The notes beneath the pieces are model-generated. The model saw nothing but the letters and a program-made list of their open reading frames with translations. It did no database searches and was not told the DNA's origin. The translations under genes were made by a program, and so were the position numbers. Shown here piece by piece: positions 18,415 through 28,408 of a stretch of 64,000 bases of DNA. This DNA is from Planctomycetota bacterium (GTDB lineage: Bacteria > Planctomycetota > GCA-002687715 > CAIWVZ01): NCBI GenBank assembly GCA_044222185.1, contig JBGANV010000004.1:128001-192000 (forward strand). The letters run 5' to 3'. Each line of letters begins with the position of its first letter. Position 1 is the first letter of the stretch.

Positions 18415-18484
18415 ACGTGCGCCGCAAGCCGTCGAAGCCCGGGTCGATTGAAATCAGTCAGCTACTCGAACGTCGTGTCGAACG

Positions 18485-19828
18485 ATGAGTGACGAGCGAT
18501 CGGTGAGCATGGCTTCACTGCGCGCTGCGGCGGTGCAACCTCGCGCTCCGCGGCGGGCCACCGCACTCGCTCGCCTCGCCGTGTTCGTCGCGGCGACAGC
18601 GACGTTCGGTCTGTGGAGCTCGGTTCTCATCCACGAAGCCGTCGGTCACGGCCTGACGGCCTGGGCCGTCGGAGGCACGTTCGATGGATTCTCGGCGGGG
18701 TGGGGAGGCGACGGGGTCGCCTTCGCGTTCGCTCCGCCGGGAGCACCACCTTGGAAGGACCTCGCCGTTCGCGCCGGCGGTGTCGTCGTGGTGCTGCTCG
18801 GCGGAATCGCGTGTTTCATTGGCGCCCGCCGTGCGCGCCCGGGGTCGGTGCGCGGGCTCGCGCTCGTGATCACGGGCGCCGTCTGGTCGATGTCGACGAT
18901 CGAATCGGTGTTTTGGTGTGCTTGGACGAACGATCTGCCGAGCGACACCATGCAGGTCCTCTCGATCGTCGCCGGGGACGACCCGGCTGTCGTGGAGTCG
19001 GCACGAATCGCGGTTTCCGTCGTCGCCGGGGCGATCGGCGTGGTCGTCCAGTGGGCGTGCTTGAGATCCTTCATCCGACGCGTCGAGGCGTCGTTTGGGG
19101 GCGATCCCGGCCTCTCGGCGCCGCGCGCAGCCGTCGTCCTCCTCACGATGTACGGGCTCCCCGCGGTCGCCGGGGCGTACGTCGCGGACTTCGTCCACGG
19201 CGGTGGCGTCGGCATCAGTGCAGCGGGCCACGCGGCCGCACTGATTTCAGTAGGCATCGGTCTCATGACCTGGTGGCGGCGCGCGGTCCCGCATCCGGTC
19301 CCCGTGAACCTGCGATGGCGCGACGTGATCTTTGCAGCCGTCGCCGTCGTCGCGGTTGCGATCGCGATCCATGCGTGGTTTCGCGACGGCGTGCGTTGGT
19401 CACGGTCGTCTGCCGCCGCGTCAGCAACTGAGGCTTCCGCTCCGTCGTTCGATGAGCTGCTGGCGGAAGCGCGCGAGGTCAAGAAGTCGGGCGTTCCCGG
19501 CCTCGCAGCGCGCCTCCGCCGTCTCGGCGATTCACCGACCGATGACGCACGGTTCCTTTGCCTCCTCAGCGTGCTCGGGCCGGACGACGCGTAGCTTGCG
19601 CCGACCTTCGTCGAACGCCTCTCCTCGCCGCGCGCGACCGTCCGACGCTACGCTGCACTCGCGTTGGGAATGATCGGACCTGATGTGGCCGACGTGGCTT
19701 CGGCGCCCTTGCGAACGACCGCCGACTCGGATCCAGACGGCGAGGTGCGGACGGTGGCTCTCGTCGCGTGGCGCCGGGTCGCGAAGCCTCCGGCAGGAAC
19801 CGATACCGCGGCGACGGAATCGAGGTGA
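18485..19828 (+). pseudogene. M50-like membrane metallopeptidase plus HEAT repeat, interrupted by an in-frame TAG at 19592-19594
   Basis: IHEAVGHG motif and many transmembrane segments. After the TAG the frame continues LAPTFVERLSSPRATVRRYAALALGMIG...DPDGEVR to TGA at 19826-19828. Confidence 0.75.
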
Positions 19829-19832
19829 CCAC

Positions 19833-20507
19833 ATGACCGACACGAAGCTCGGCACCACGGAAGCGCCGGCCGATACGGCGCCAGGAGGCGCGGGCGTCCC
19901 ATCGCGAGGACGGACGAGGCGCTGGGCCTGGCTGTTCGCGGGTGTTGCGATCGGAGCGATCGCCATGTGGACGTACTGTGTCTTCGTTCGACCTTGCTCC
20001 ACGACTGCGTGGAGCGTCGACGACTGCGTCGCGCGGATCGAACGGAGCGGGGCGAACGCAGATTCCGGCCGCGATGCAGAACGCCGCGGCAGCGACGCGC
20101 TCGACGCCGCGATCGGGTCGCATGCCTGTCGCGCGTGCCTCGCGGAGATCTACCGCCGTCGTGATTCCCGGGTGCGCTCGCTCGACCGGGAGGATGCGGC
20201 TGCGACGCGCGGCAGCGGGGCAGGACGAACCGCCGGCTCCCATAGTGCGCTCTGGGGCGCATGTGACGCGATCCTCGAGCGTGTGTGTTGTCTTCGTTCG
20301 AGCGAGCGCATCCACTTCGCGATCTCGTTGATCACGGACCCGAGCGTGGGCGTCGACGGTTGGGTCGCCGAGTTGCTGCTCGAGTGGCTCGAAGCCGCGC
20401 CGGACGAGGCTATCGCCGCCCTCCGCGCCCGCGCGGCGGAGTTTCCGAGTGAAAGCCGCCCAAGGCGAATCGAGACGTTCCTGACGGCACTCTCAGCGCG
20501 TCGGTGA
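19833..20507 (+). CDS. Membrane-anchored helical hypothetical protein
   Basis: GAGGTG RBS before ATG 19833; single transmembrane segment WAWLFAGVAIGAIAMW. Confidence 0.6.
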   Translation: MTDTKLGTTEAPADTAPGGAGVPSRGRTRRWAWLFAGVAIGAIAMWTYCVFVRPCSTTAWSVDDCVARIERSGANADSGRDAERRGSDALDAAIGSHACRACLAEIYRRRDSRVRSLDREDAAATRGSGAGRTAGSHSALWGACDAILERVCCLRSSERIHFAISLITDPSVGVDGWVAELLLEWLEAAPDEAIAALRARAAEFPSESRPRRIETFLTALSARR

Positions 20508-20575
20508 CGAATGGCGGAAGGTTCCGCGACGCCGAGAATCTGCTCGCCAAATCGGCACTGCGGTATCCTCAGCGC

Positions 20576-20878
20576 ATGCCACTGCTGTCTCCCACACCTC
20601 CGGAGCATCTGGTCGATTGCCAGGGTCGTCCCTACTTCCTCTGGGATCAGGACATGACTCTCGACCAGTTCAAAGCCGCGATCCGGGCCGGTGATCGCGT
20701 CATCCGGGCATGGTTGGTCGGGAAGATGATGCGCGAGGCGAAGCCTGACGACGTGTACACGTTCGTCACCTTGCGTGAGATTGCCGACCTCTGGCCAGAC
20801 CTCCAGCCTCACCTCGGCCGGTCGAAGCCGTTCTGGACCTGGATCCTCGGCGAGTGGGGAGTGATTCCTCGTGGATAA
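20576..20878 (+). CDS. Putative antitoxin partner of the AbiEii-like nucleotidyltransferase
   Basis: RPYFLWD...GKMMREAKPDDV...HLGRSKPFW; overlaps the start of the toxin gene. Confidence 0.7.
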   Translation: MPLLSPTPPEHLVDCQGRPYFLWDQDMTLDQFKAAIRAGDRVIRAWLVGKMMREAKPDDVYTFVTLREIADLWPDLQPHLGRSKPFWTWILGEWGVIPRG

Positions 20879-21536
20879 TGGACGTCTTTCAACGCTCCAA
20901 GTTCGCGTGCTGGAAATCCTCGCCGGCGTCACACCCCGGTGGACGTTGTCGGGTGGCGCCGCGCTCGCGGGCTTCCATTTGCGACATCGCGCCACGCGCG
21001 ACCTATAACTGTTCTGGCACGGCGCCCGGGAGATCGAGACCGTTCGAGCGGCGGTTGAGCTCAGACTGGCGGATGCCGGCCTTTCGGTTCGCGTCGTGCG
21101 TGCTTCACGAGGCTTCTGTCGCCTCGCTGTCGGCGACGGATCCGACGGCGTCGTGCTGGACCTCGTGGCCGAGCCGGTGCCGTTCGTCGATGCACCACAG
21201 GAACTCACGATCGGGTCGGTGAACATTCAAGTCGATTCGCCTCACGAGGTGCTCGTGAACAAGCTCTGCACCCTGCTCTCCCGGCAGGAGATCAGGGACT
21301 TGCAGGACGTGCGTCACCTCGTCGATGCCGGCGGAGACCTGTGGCGTGCCGTGGCCCAAGCGGATCGCAAGGACTCCGGGTTCTCGCCGCAGATGCTCGC
21401 CTGGCTCTTGCGCGGTTTTCCAGTGAGGGCGCTCGCGGGAGCTGAGTCGATCCCCGACGACGAGGTCGGCGAACTCGAGGCCTTTCGCGACCAGTTCGTG
21501 TCGGAGCTGCTCCGCCGCGGCAACCCTGGCGGCTGA
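20871..21536 (+). pseudogene. AbiEii/AbiGii-family nucleotidyltransferase toxin with a TAA at 21006-21008
   Basis: LSGGAALAGFHLRHRATRDL*LFW...NKLCTLLSRQEIRDLQD, all in one frame from GTG 20871. Confidence 0.85.
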
Positions 21537-21681
21537 TGGCGCGCAGCTCCGTTGCGTGCTCTCCGCGGCGCCGGCCCGGCCGGACACGAGGTCGGCGAAT
21601 CAGCGCGGGCGTGCGCAACTTCAAACCAGCTTCGCAGGGAGATCACCCGAGGTGCGTCGCATCCGATAGGATTCGAGCGCG

Positions 21682-22365
21682 ATGGACTTGCCCGCGTCTT
21701 CACCCTCCACGGGAGAGAACCCATTGCGGAGCGGTTCGCCGCACGCGTGGGATCGGCTGATCGAGGCCGTCGGTCCACCAGGAATCATGGTGGTCATCCA
21801 GTCGCGGATGGGGAGCGACTTGCGCGCGCGGGTCGAGCCCCAGGACGTCTGGCAGGAGGCCCTCCTTCACGCGTGGCGCGACCGCGAAGCGTTCGAATGG
21901 CGTGGGATCGCAAGCTTTCGACGGTGGCTCATCAAGCTCGCCGAAAACCGGATCCGTGATCTCAGCGACGGCTTCGGCGCTGCGAAGCGGGGGAGCGGCG
22001 TCACGGTGGCCGCGTTCGACCGTGATGGCGACCTCGTCGACGGAACCTACGCCGGGCCGGTTGCATCGACGACGCCGAGTCGGGCGGCAATGGATCGAGA
22101 ACGGGCAGAGATCATGAACTCTGCCCTGGGAGCCTTGCCCGAAGAGCTGAGAGACGTCGTCCGGCTGCGATTGTTCGAGGAGCTCACGATGGAGGAGGTT
22201 GCGAGCGCACTCGGGATCACCTTTGCCGCTGTCCGGCATCGGTTTCGCAAGGGTGTCGAGCTCTACCATCGCCGATTGAAGGCGCAGCTGTCGGTTCCGC
22301 CATTTCCTGATCCACCGCAGCAAACGAAGCCGCGGAATCCTCTCGAACGAGGGGACGCCCAGTGA
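21682..22365 (+). CDS. ECF sigma factor (kinase-associated, planctomycete type)
   Basis: LRARVEPQDVWQE; FRRWLIKLAENRIRD; AAKR; region 4 LTMEEVASALG. Confidence 0.9.
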   Translation: MDLPASSPSTGENPLRSGSPHAWDRLIEAVGPPGIMVVIQSRMGSDLRARVEPQDVWQEALLHAWRDREAFEWRGIASFRRWLIKLAENRIRDLSDGFGAAKRGSGVTVAAFDRDGDLVDGTYAGPVASTTPSRAAMDRERAEIMNSALGALPEELRDVVRLRLFEELTMEEVASALGITFAAVRHRFRKGVELYHRRLKAQLSVPPFPDPPQQTKPRNPLERGDAQ

Positions 22366-22372
22366 GCGGACC

Positions 22373-25300
22373 GTGACCGCGTCAGCCGGAACCAAGCGTG
22401 AGATCGGACGAACACACGTGACGGAGGCGGCTCTGTTCCAAGACGACGAGGCGTTCCTCGACGGCATCCTCGACGAGGCGTTGGAGCGCCTCGCAGCGGG
22501 GTCCGACGTCTCCGTCGATGACCTGATCGCCGGCCGATTCCACCTCCGCGGCCACGTTGCCCAAGTGCTCGCGATGGCGCAGGCCGTTGCCGTGCGCCAC
22601 GCACCGACGACGGCGACCGTCACCGGGTACGACGTCATCCGAGTCGTTGGCGAGGGCGCCATGGGCATCGTCTACGAGGCGCGGCATCTCGCCCTCGATC
22701 GACACGTTGCCCTCAAGGTCCTACCTCCCGCCGCAGCTCGATCGCGGTCGGCGCGGGAGCGTTTTCTTGCCGAGGCACGAGCCCTCGCGAGCCTGCGCCA
22801 CCCGAGCGTCGTGCAGATCTACGACGTGATCGATGAGGGGGCCGTGTGCGCTTACGCCATGGAGCTGGTCGATGGCTGGTCGCTCGCCGAGATTCTCAGA
22901 GCGGCCGAGGACTCCGTCCCGCTCGAAGACGTCTGGCGAGGTCTCGCCGCGGAGCCGCCACCGGGGCGGGGCGGTGACTCGATCATCACGTTCGTTTGCC
23001 GCGTCGGTGTCGCCGTGGCACGCGCGCTCGGCGAGGTTCATCGTGCGGGGCTCCTTCATCGCGACGTCAAGCCGTCGAACGTCTTGATCCGGCGCGACGG
23101 AACGGCGCTTCTCTCGGATTTCGGTCTGGTGCGCGACGTCGACGCGGCGTCGCGTACCGAGAGCGGGCAGTTCCTCGGAACGATCGCCTACGCCGCGCCC
23201 GAGCAGCTTCGCGGCAATGCGGCGGAGATCGGCCCTGCGACGGACGTGTACGCGCTCGGCGTCACCCTCTACCACGCGCTGACGCAGCGATTGCCGTTCC
23301 GCAGTGATTCTCCCATGAGCCAGCTCCGGGCGATCGAGTCTGGCGCGTTGACTCCAGCTCGCCGCGTCAACCCGAGGTTGCCGCGCGACCTCGAGACGGT
23401 CGTTGCGAAGGCGATGGAGCCCGACCCAGCGGCGCGCTACCGGTCGGGCGACGATCTCGCCGACGAGCTCGAGCGCGTCCTGCAGCTTCAACCCATTCGC
23501 GCTCGCCCTCCGGGGCTTGCTGCGCGGGCCCTGAAATTCTCCCGCCGGAACCGGCTGGTGCTCCTCGCCGCGGCCCTCGGGGGCATCGTCGTGATGGTCG
23601 TGGCGATGGCCTTGTGGTTGCGCGCCGAGGAGTTGCGCGCACGGCCTGCTCGGCTCGGCCAGCAGTTGGCGCTCGCCCGCACGGCGCTGCTCGACCCCAG
23701 GTTCGGGGAGCGCACGTTCGTCGCGGAACACGGTGGCGCTGACCCCGGCACGCTTCTCCTTCCCGTCGCGGCGGCCGATGAGGCGCTCCGCCACTACGAG
23801 GCCGCACTCGAGCTCGATCCGACGCAAATCGATGTGCGCCGCGAGCGGGACGTCGTCGCGTTCGCGCGTGCGAGGTTGGGGGCGGCGACTCCTCTGGCCG
23901 AGCGTGAGATCTCCGATGCCACGGGCGGCGATCGCCGGGCCGCCGGACTCCTCGCGTTTCTCGTCGGACGTGCCGATACGTGCACGCGCTTCTGGGACGG
24001 CTTGGACCTTGCTCCGAGTCCTGGCGACCCGCTCGTCGACCTCGCGCTGGGCGAGCTCTACCTGATCCGCGATCGTGGGCCGGCGGCCTATCTCCGGCTC
24101 TTCCGAGCCCATGAGGCGTTTCCCAAGGCGGGTTTCATCGCCGTGGATCTGGCCGACGCCGCACGGATGAGCGGGGACCTCTCGACGGCAGAGCGCCTGC
24201 TGGGCCGAGCGCGTCAGCTGATGCTTCAGGATCCCTACGACACGATCGTTCGCGTCGAGGCCGACTTGCGCGCGGCGCAGGGACGTCGTGCAGAGGCCCG
24301 GGAGCGATACGAGTCCATGGCCAAGAACCACCGGGCACCGACTTCGCGCTATCGGTACGCCCAGTTCCTCGAGCAGCAAGCGAACCCCGTCGACACCGAG
24401 CGTGCCATCGAGATCTACCGCCGGTTGGTCGAAGCTCATCCCGCCATCGCGACGTATCGCGCGGCACTCCGGCGTTCGGCAACGACGTGGTGGAATGGAC
24501 TGAGCTTCGACGGACGAAGCGACGTGGTCGCCCGTGGCTTGCTCGGGAGGTGCGAGGTGAGTCTCCCGGCCCTCGTGGCCAGCCTCTCGGCGGTCGACGA
24601 CGTCCACGCCAACGATTCTGCAGCAGTCCCGGTCGGCGAATCCTCTCTCGACTCCAGACACGTCGTTCCCATGGACATTTCATTCACGCTGGAGGTCTCG
24701 AGCATGACTCGTTCACACCTGGCAGGGCTCACGAAGCCCATGGCGCATGCGCTCGGCCGACTCGCCCTCTTGGCCGACTCCGTGCCAGCTGCGCCCATCA
24801 TCGAGCGCCTGATTCCTTTGGGGCGGCGGGGGCTGGCGTTTTGTGTCGTGTGCCTCGTCTCCGGGTTGATGGCGCCGCGCGCCATGCCACAGAACCAGGC
24901 GTGGTGCTACGAGTTCGAGGCCTGCCAGGGCGCGTCACTGCCGAATGCGCTCGATCCCACAAACATCGGACTGCTCAACAACACGGGTAGCTCGGCAGGC
25001 TCGCTCTACTCCGTTTCGAATGGGGCGCTGCATCAGACGACCATCGGTGCCAGCGCCGGCTGGGCCGAGTTCTATGGTGGGGACATCAGCTATTGGGTGC
25101 CCGCGATCAACCCACCCGCGACGTCCGTGAGTCTGAACTTTGCACAAGACTTCATCATGGAGGCGCGGATACGGGTTGCGACCCCGCCGGCCCCACCAAG
25201 CGGGACGCCGTACGGCGGTGTCTTCATGGAGTTCCTGGATGGTCAACGCCAGTACGCGCTGGGGATCGGGGCGTCCGGAATCACGGTGACGACGAGTGCC

Positions 25301-25957
25301 TACACGCTCTTCTCGCAGACGGTGCTCGGGAGCGGATGGAATCCGGCGACGTTCCATACCTACCGCTTGAGCAAGGTCGGTGGCCAAAGTGTCTACTCAG
25401 TGGCTATCGACGGAGTCGTCGTGCAGTCGTCCATCCCGGGCGCCGTGGTCGCGGCCAATCGATACTTCGGTTGGGGGAAGGGCGCACAGAGCACCAACCA
25501 GAACGCGCAGGCGGATTGGGATTTCGTCCGAGTCTTCAACGGACCCGGCATCATCGCGCTTTCGGCGCCTCCGTCCGTGGTCGTCAGTGGCCCCGGTTGC
25601 GGCGGCATCGGCTCTTGGCCCATGCTTGGTGCCAGCGCTCCCGTGCTCGGTGCTCCGATCGAGTTCGCGCAGAGCGGGGCGCCTCCGGGATCCGTGAGTT
25701 CCCTCGTAGCGAGCTTGACGCCAGCCGGCCCACTCAGCTTGCCCGGAGGCTGCGCCGTCTACGTCGACGTTGCGACGATGACCTCCCTCGGCAGCCCGTC
25801 GTCGAACGCCGCCGGAGCCTGGTCGATGTGCACGAGCCTCCCGTTTCTTCCCGGTCTCGCCGGGGGCGCTGTCGTCGTTCAGGCCGTGACGATCGACCCG
25901 TCGACGCCCGTGGGCTTTCAGTTGTCCAACGGCCTCAGCGTGACCCTCGGGTTCTGA
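22373..25957 (+). CDS. Ser/Thr protein kinase with a transmembrane segment and TPRs, fused to a secreted-type beta domain and the shared C-terminal domain
   Basis: GEGAMGIVY, VALK, HRDVKPSN, DFG, GTIAYAAPE; TPR-like helices; C-terminus QAVTIDP...LSNGL. Confidence 0.92.
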   Translation: MTASAGTKREIGRTHVTEAALFQDDEAFLDGILDEALERLAAGSDVSVDDLIAGRFHLRGHVAQVLAMAQAVAVRHAPTTATVTGYDVIRVVGEGAMGIVYEARHLALDRHVALKVLPPAAARSRSARERFLAEARALASLRHPSVVQIYDVIDEGAVCAYAMELVDGWSLAEILRAAEDSVPLEDVWRGLAAEPPPGRGGDSIITFVCRVGVAVARALGEVHRAGLLHRDVKPSNVLIRRDGTALLSDFGLVRDVDAASRTESGQFLGTIAYAAPEQLRGNAAEIGPATDVYALGVTLYHALTQRLPFRSDSPMSQLRAIESGALTPARRVNPRLPRDLETVVAKAMEPDPAARYRSGDDLADELERVLQLQPIRARPPGLAARALKFSRRNRLVLLAAALGGIVVMVVAMALWLRAEELRARPARLGQQLALARTALLDPRFGERTFVAEHGGADPGTLLLPVAAADEALRHYEAALELDPTQIDVRRERDVVAFARARLGAATPLAEREISDATGGDRRAAGLLAFLVGRADTCTRFWDGLDLAPSPGDPLVDLALGELYLIRDRGPAAYLRLFRAHEAFPKAGFIAVDLADAARMSGDLSTAERLLGRARQLMLQDPYDTIVRVEADLRAAQGRRAEARERYESMAKNHRAPTSRYRYAQFLEQQANPVDTERAIEIYRRLVEAHPAIATYRAALRRSATTWWNGLSFDGRSDVVARGLLGRCEVSLPALVASLSAVDDVHANDSAAVPVGESSLDSRHVVPMDISFTLEVSSMTRSHLAGLTKPMAHALGRLALLADSVPAAPIIERLIPLGRRGLAFCVVCLVSGLMAPRAMPQNQAWCYEFEACQGASLPNALDPTNIGLLNNTGSSAGSLYSVSNGALHQTTIGASAGWAEFYGGDISYWVPAINPPATSVSLNFAQDFIMEARIRVATPPAPPSGTPYGGVFMEFLDGQRQYALGIGASGITVTTSAYTLFSQTVLGSGWNPATFHTYRLSKVGGQSVYSVAIDGVVVQSSIPGAVVAANRYFGWGKGAQSTNQNAQADWDFVRVFNGPGIIALSAPPSVVVSGPGCGGIGSWPMLGASAPVLGAPIEFAQSGAPPGSVSSLVASLTPAGPLSLPGGCAVYVDVATMTSLGSPSSNAAGAWSMCTSLPFLPGLAGGAVVVQAVTIDPSTPVGFQLSNGLSVTLGF

Positions 25958-26003
25958 ATTCGTCGCGTCCCGCGCCGCGGCCTGGATTGCCACAGGCACG
26001 AGG

Positions 26004-26317
26004 GTCGACTCGGTCTGCGATCTCGTCAACACATCGAGTCCGTACCCTGCGTCGATCCCGATTCTGGCGGCCCATCCGTCTCGCAACGAACCCGATCGGG
26101 TTCGATGAGGCTTCGCGCGGGCGCCCGCGGCGCGTGACGCGCGCACCGCATGGCCCGAACTCGTGAGGCACTTCGGAGCGGCTCCTGACGACGCCGGATT
26201 GGCGGCCCCGTCGGGGAATCCACGCTCCGGTCACTGGAGGACGATCCTGACATCGGGGCCGAGGCCCAGCGGATCATGCGGCGGCGCCGCCAGCGTGCCG
26301 ACAAGCGGGCGCACTGA
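26004..26317 (+). pseudogene. Decayed HEAT-repeat-like gene fragment
   Basis: VDSVCDLVNTSSPYPASIPILAAH...DRVR*GFARA...WPELVRHF with TGA at 26106; a shifted frame then gives LEDDPDIGAEAQRIMRRRR. Family recognised from memory only. Confidence 0.5.
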
Positions 26318-26824
26318 CCCTCGTACGCCGCGGCGTACGGGATGTGTCGTGGGGCTCCGCGGCCGACGTTTCGGCAACCAGTCCTCGAGATCGCGACCGC
26401 GCGTCCGGCTGCGTCATGCCGTCCACGATCCGTCGACGGCGGGCCTGTGGCCGTCCGTGCGCGTCGACGGGCGTCGATCCCGGTGTAGATTGCTCGAGAT
26501 GGCCAAGCCTGCGGGGTTTCTCGAGTCGTTCGTGATCGTCGTCGTGCATGGGCTTTCCGTTCACGCCCAGGAGTCGCGTGGCGTGCCGCCGGGCGAAGGC
26601 CCTGCGCAGTCGCGACCCCGAGTCGACGTGCTCGAGGTCGACGTCCGATTTGCGCGGGCAGAGTCACGGCACTCGGCCGTGCAATCCGCAGAGGCGCCGC
26701 GCACATCCTTCCGGGTCGCGACGACGCCGCGCGTCGCGCGGCCGGTCGAGCACGCCGGGGGCAGACGTCCCGCGGAGCCGAACGCGATCGTGATGCGATC
26801 GTTCGGCAGATTTGGGGGTGGTCG

Positions 26825-27376
26825 ATGGCGCTGACGTTTGCTGGCTACTTTCCGAAGCGAATCGCGCTTCGAGAGGATTGGCTCAAGGCCCCTGGCGTTC
26901 GGGAGATCTGGTCGGTCAGCGACTGCATCTCCAAGGGTCCATCCGACTGGATCGACAAGCGGCGCCACAACGACGTCGGCTTCTTCGACACGTACGAGCT
27001 CGCCGTCTCCGTGCTGCCTTCTGAAGATGCCGCGCTCTTCGCCGTAGTCGGCTATCGCATCTGGGATCGCATGTTCGATGAGGGACGCGATATTGAGCTG
27101 CCGGTCACTGTTCCGCTCGTGCCCGAGCCCGGCGGCGAGTTCGTCAGCATGGGGTTCGATGCCGTCGCGCGCTCGGACGATTTCTTCGAATGCTCGCCCC
27201 TGTCCTGCAACGGTGGTGCGTCTACGTTCGCCACGAACGACGCGTGCCTGTTTCGCACCCTCGATGAGGCACTTGCCGGCGCGAAGGCGTTCTCCACTGG
27301 CAACTGGGAACCCGGACCGTACTGGGTCCTGGAAGTCCTTTCGAAGCGGCGGGGCACTGCCGAACCACGGGTGTAG
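26825..27376 (+). CDS. Hypothetical protein
   Basis: Good coding composition; GYFPK, SVSDCIS, ECSPLSCN, EPGPY motifs. Confidence 0.8.
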   Translation: MALTFAGYFPKRIALREDWLKAPGVREIWSVSDCISKGPSDWIDKRRHNDVGFFDTYELAVSVLPSEDAALFAVVGYRIWDRMFDEGRDIELPVTVPLVPEPGGEFVSMGFDAVARSDDFFECSPLSCNGGASTFATNDACLFRTLDEALAGAKAFSTGNWEPGPYWVLEVLSKRRGTAEPRV

Positions 27377-28355
27377 CGGGCCAGGCTGCGCCTGGCCGCT
27401 GAACGCGATACCGTTCGACGAGGTCGGGCGCGACGGCGCGTGGCCCGACGGACGTCGCAGCGAGGGCGTAGTCGGCGATGGGGTCGATTGCTGGTTCGTC
27501 ATCGACCGCGGATGGAGACGCGCGGCACCAGACGAAGTTGACTCCGGCTGTGAAGGTCGCGACCACGACGAGGCCCTCGACGAAGTGATGGCGGCGGATG
27601 ATCAGGGGCGTGAGGAGCGGCGATGGCCCGCGGACGACGACGCCGACCGCGACTATCACGGCTGCGAGGGCGACGCTGATGGTCGCCGGGCCCATGTGAT
27701 GGAGCGGGTCATACCCTCGAACGCGATACCACGCGCTGAAGACCACGGGAGCGACATACAACGCGGCGAGAGCAGCCAGATGACGCACCCGTGACGCGTC
27801 GCCGTTGTCGCCCAGCGCCGGCCCAATTCGCGAAAGCAGCTGGCGGACACAGTGCCGGTGTGTCGCGATCCCGGCTGCGCCTGCGATGGCGACCACGATC
27901 CACCGCGGCCACGCGACCGTTCGATCGTCGAAGACGTCGCCGAGCGTGTGCATGACGGTCACGGCATCAATTCGCGCATCATCGCTCCAGGCGCTGAAGT
28001 ACACGTAGAGAATGGACTCGTGCAGCGCAACGGCACCGAGGACGAGCGCGACGAACGCTGCGACCGAGTTGGCCCGCCGCCGACGCGACCAGCGAAGCAG
28101 CCCGATGCCGACGAGAACGTCGATTCCCACCCCGGCGCCGTAGACCATGCGGTCAGCAAGCGGCGGGCTCTCGGGCGAGGTTACGAATGCCGTGCCGGTG
28201 CCCGTCCACGACATCTCGAATCCTTCGAACGAGCCACCCACGACGATCGCCATCAGGCCGTGTCCGATGACCTCGTGCAGAATCGTGCCCAGCACGACAC
28301 CGAAGTAAGCGACGAGAGCTCCAAAGAACCAGGTGCGTAGAAGCGATTTCACCAT
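27222..28355 (-). CDS. M50-like membrane metallopeptidase paralog, probably truncated at the 3' end
   Basis: ILHEVIGHGL..VGGSFEGF matches the 18485 gene. The tail runs 155 nt antisense into the 26825 gene. Confidence 0.7.
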   Translation of the reverse strand: MVKSLLRTWFFGALVAYFGVVLGTILHEVIGHGLMAIVVGGSFEGFEMSWTGTGTAFVTSPESPPLADRMVYGAGVGIDVLVGIGLLRWSRRRRANSVAAFVALVLGAVALHESILYVYFSAWSDDARIDAVTVMHTLGDVFDDRTVAWPRWIVVAIAGAAGIATHRHCVRQLLSRIGPALGDNGDASRVRHLAALAALYVAPVVFSAWYRVRGYDPLHHMGPATISVALAAVIVAVGVVVRGPSPLLTPLIIRRHHFVEGLVVVATFTAGVNFVWCRASPSAVDDEPAIDPIADYALAATSVGPRAVAPDLVERYRVQRPGAAWPATPVVRQCPAASKGLPGPSTVRVPSCQWRTPSRRQVPHRGCETGTRRSWRT

Positions 28356-28408
28356 GCCGACGGCGTTCCGGTCCGAATGGTGCCAAGGCGACGCCATCCA
28401 ATCCGGTG

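Noticed and set aside
19592-19594. Pyrrolysine or genetic-code reassignment of TAG
   Set aside because: TAG terminates intact genes elsewhere in the window (1809, 10824, 18414, 27376, 55257) and no pyl genes are visible.
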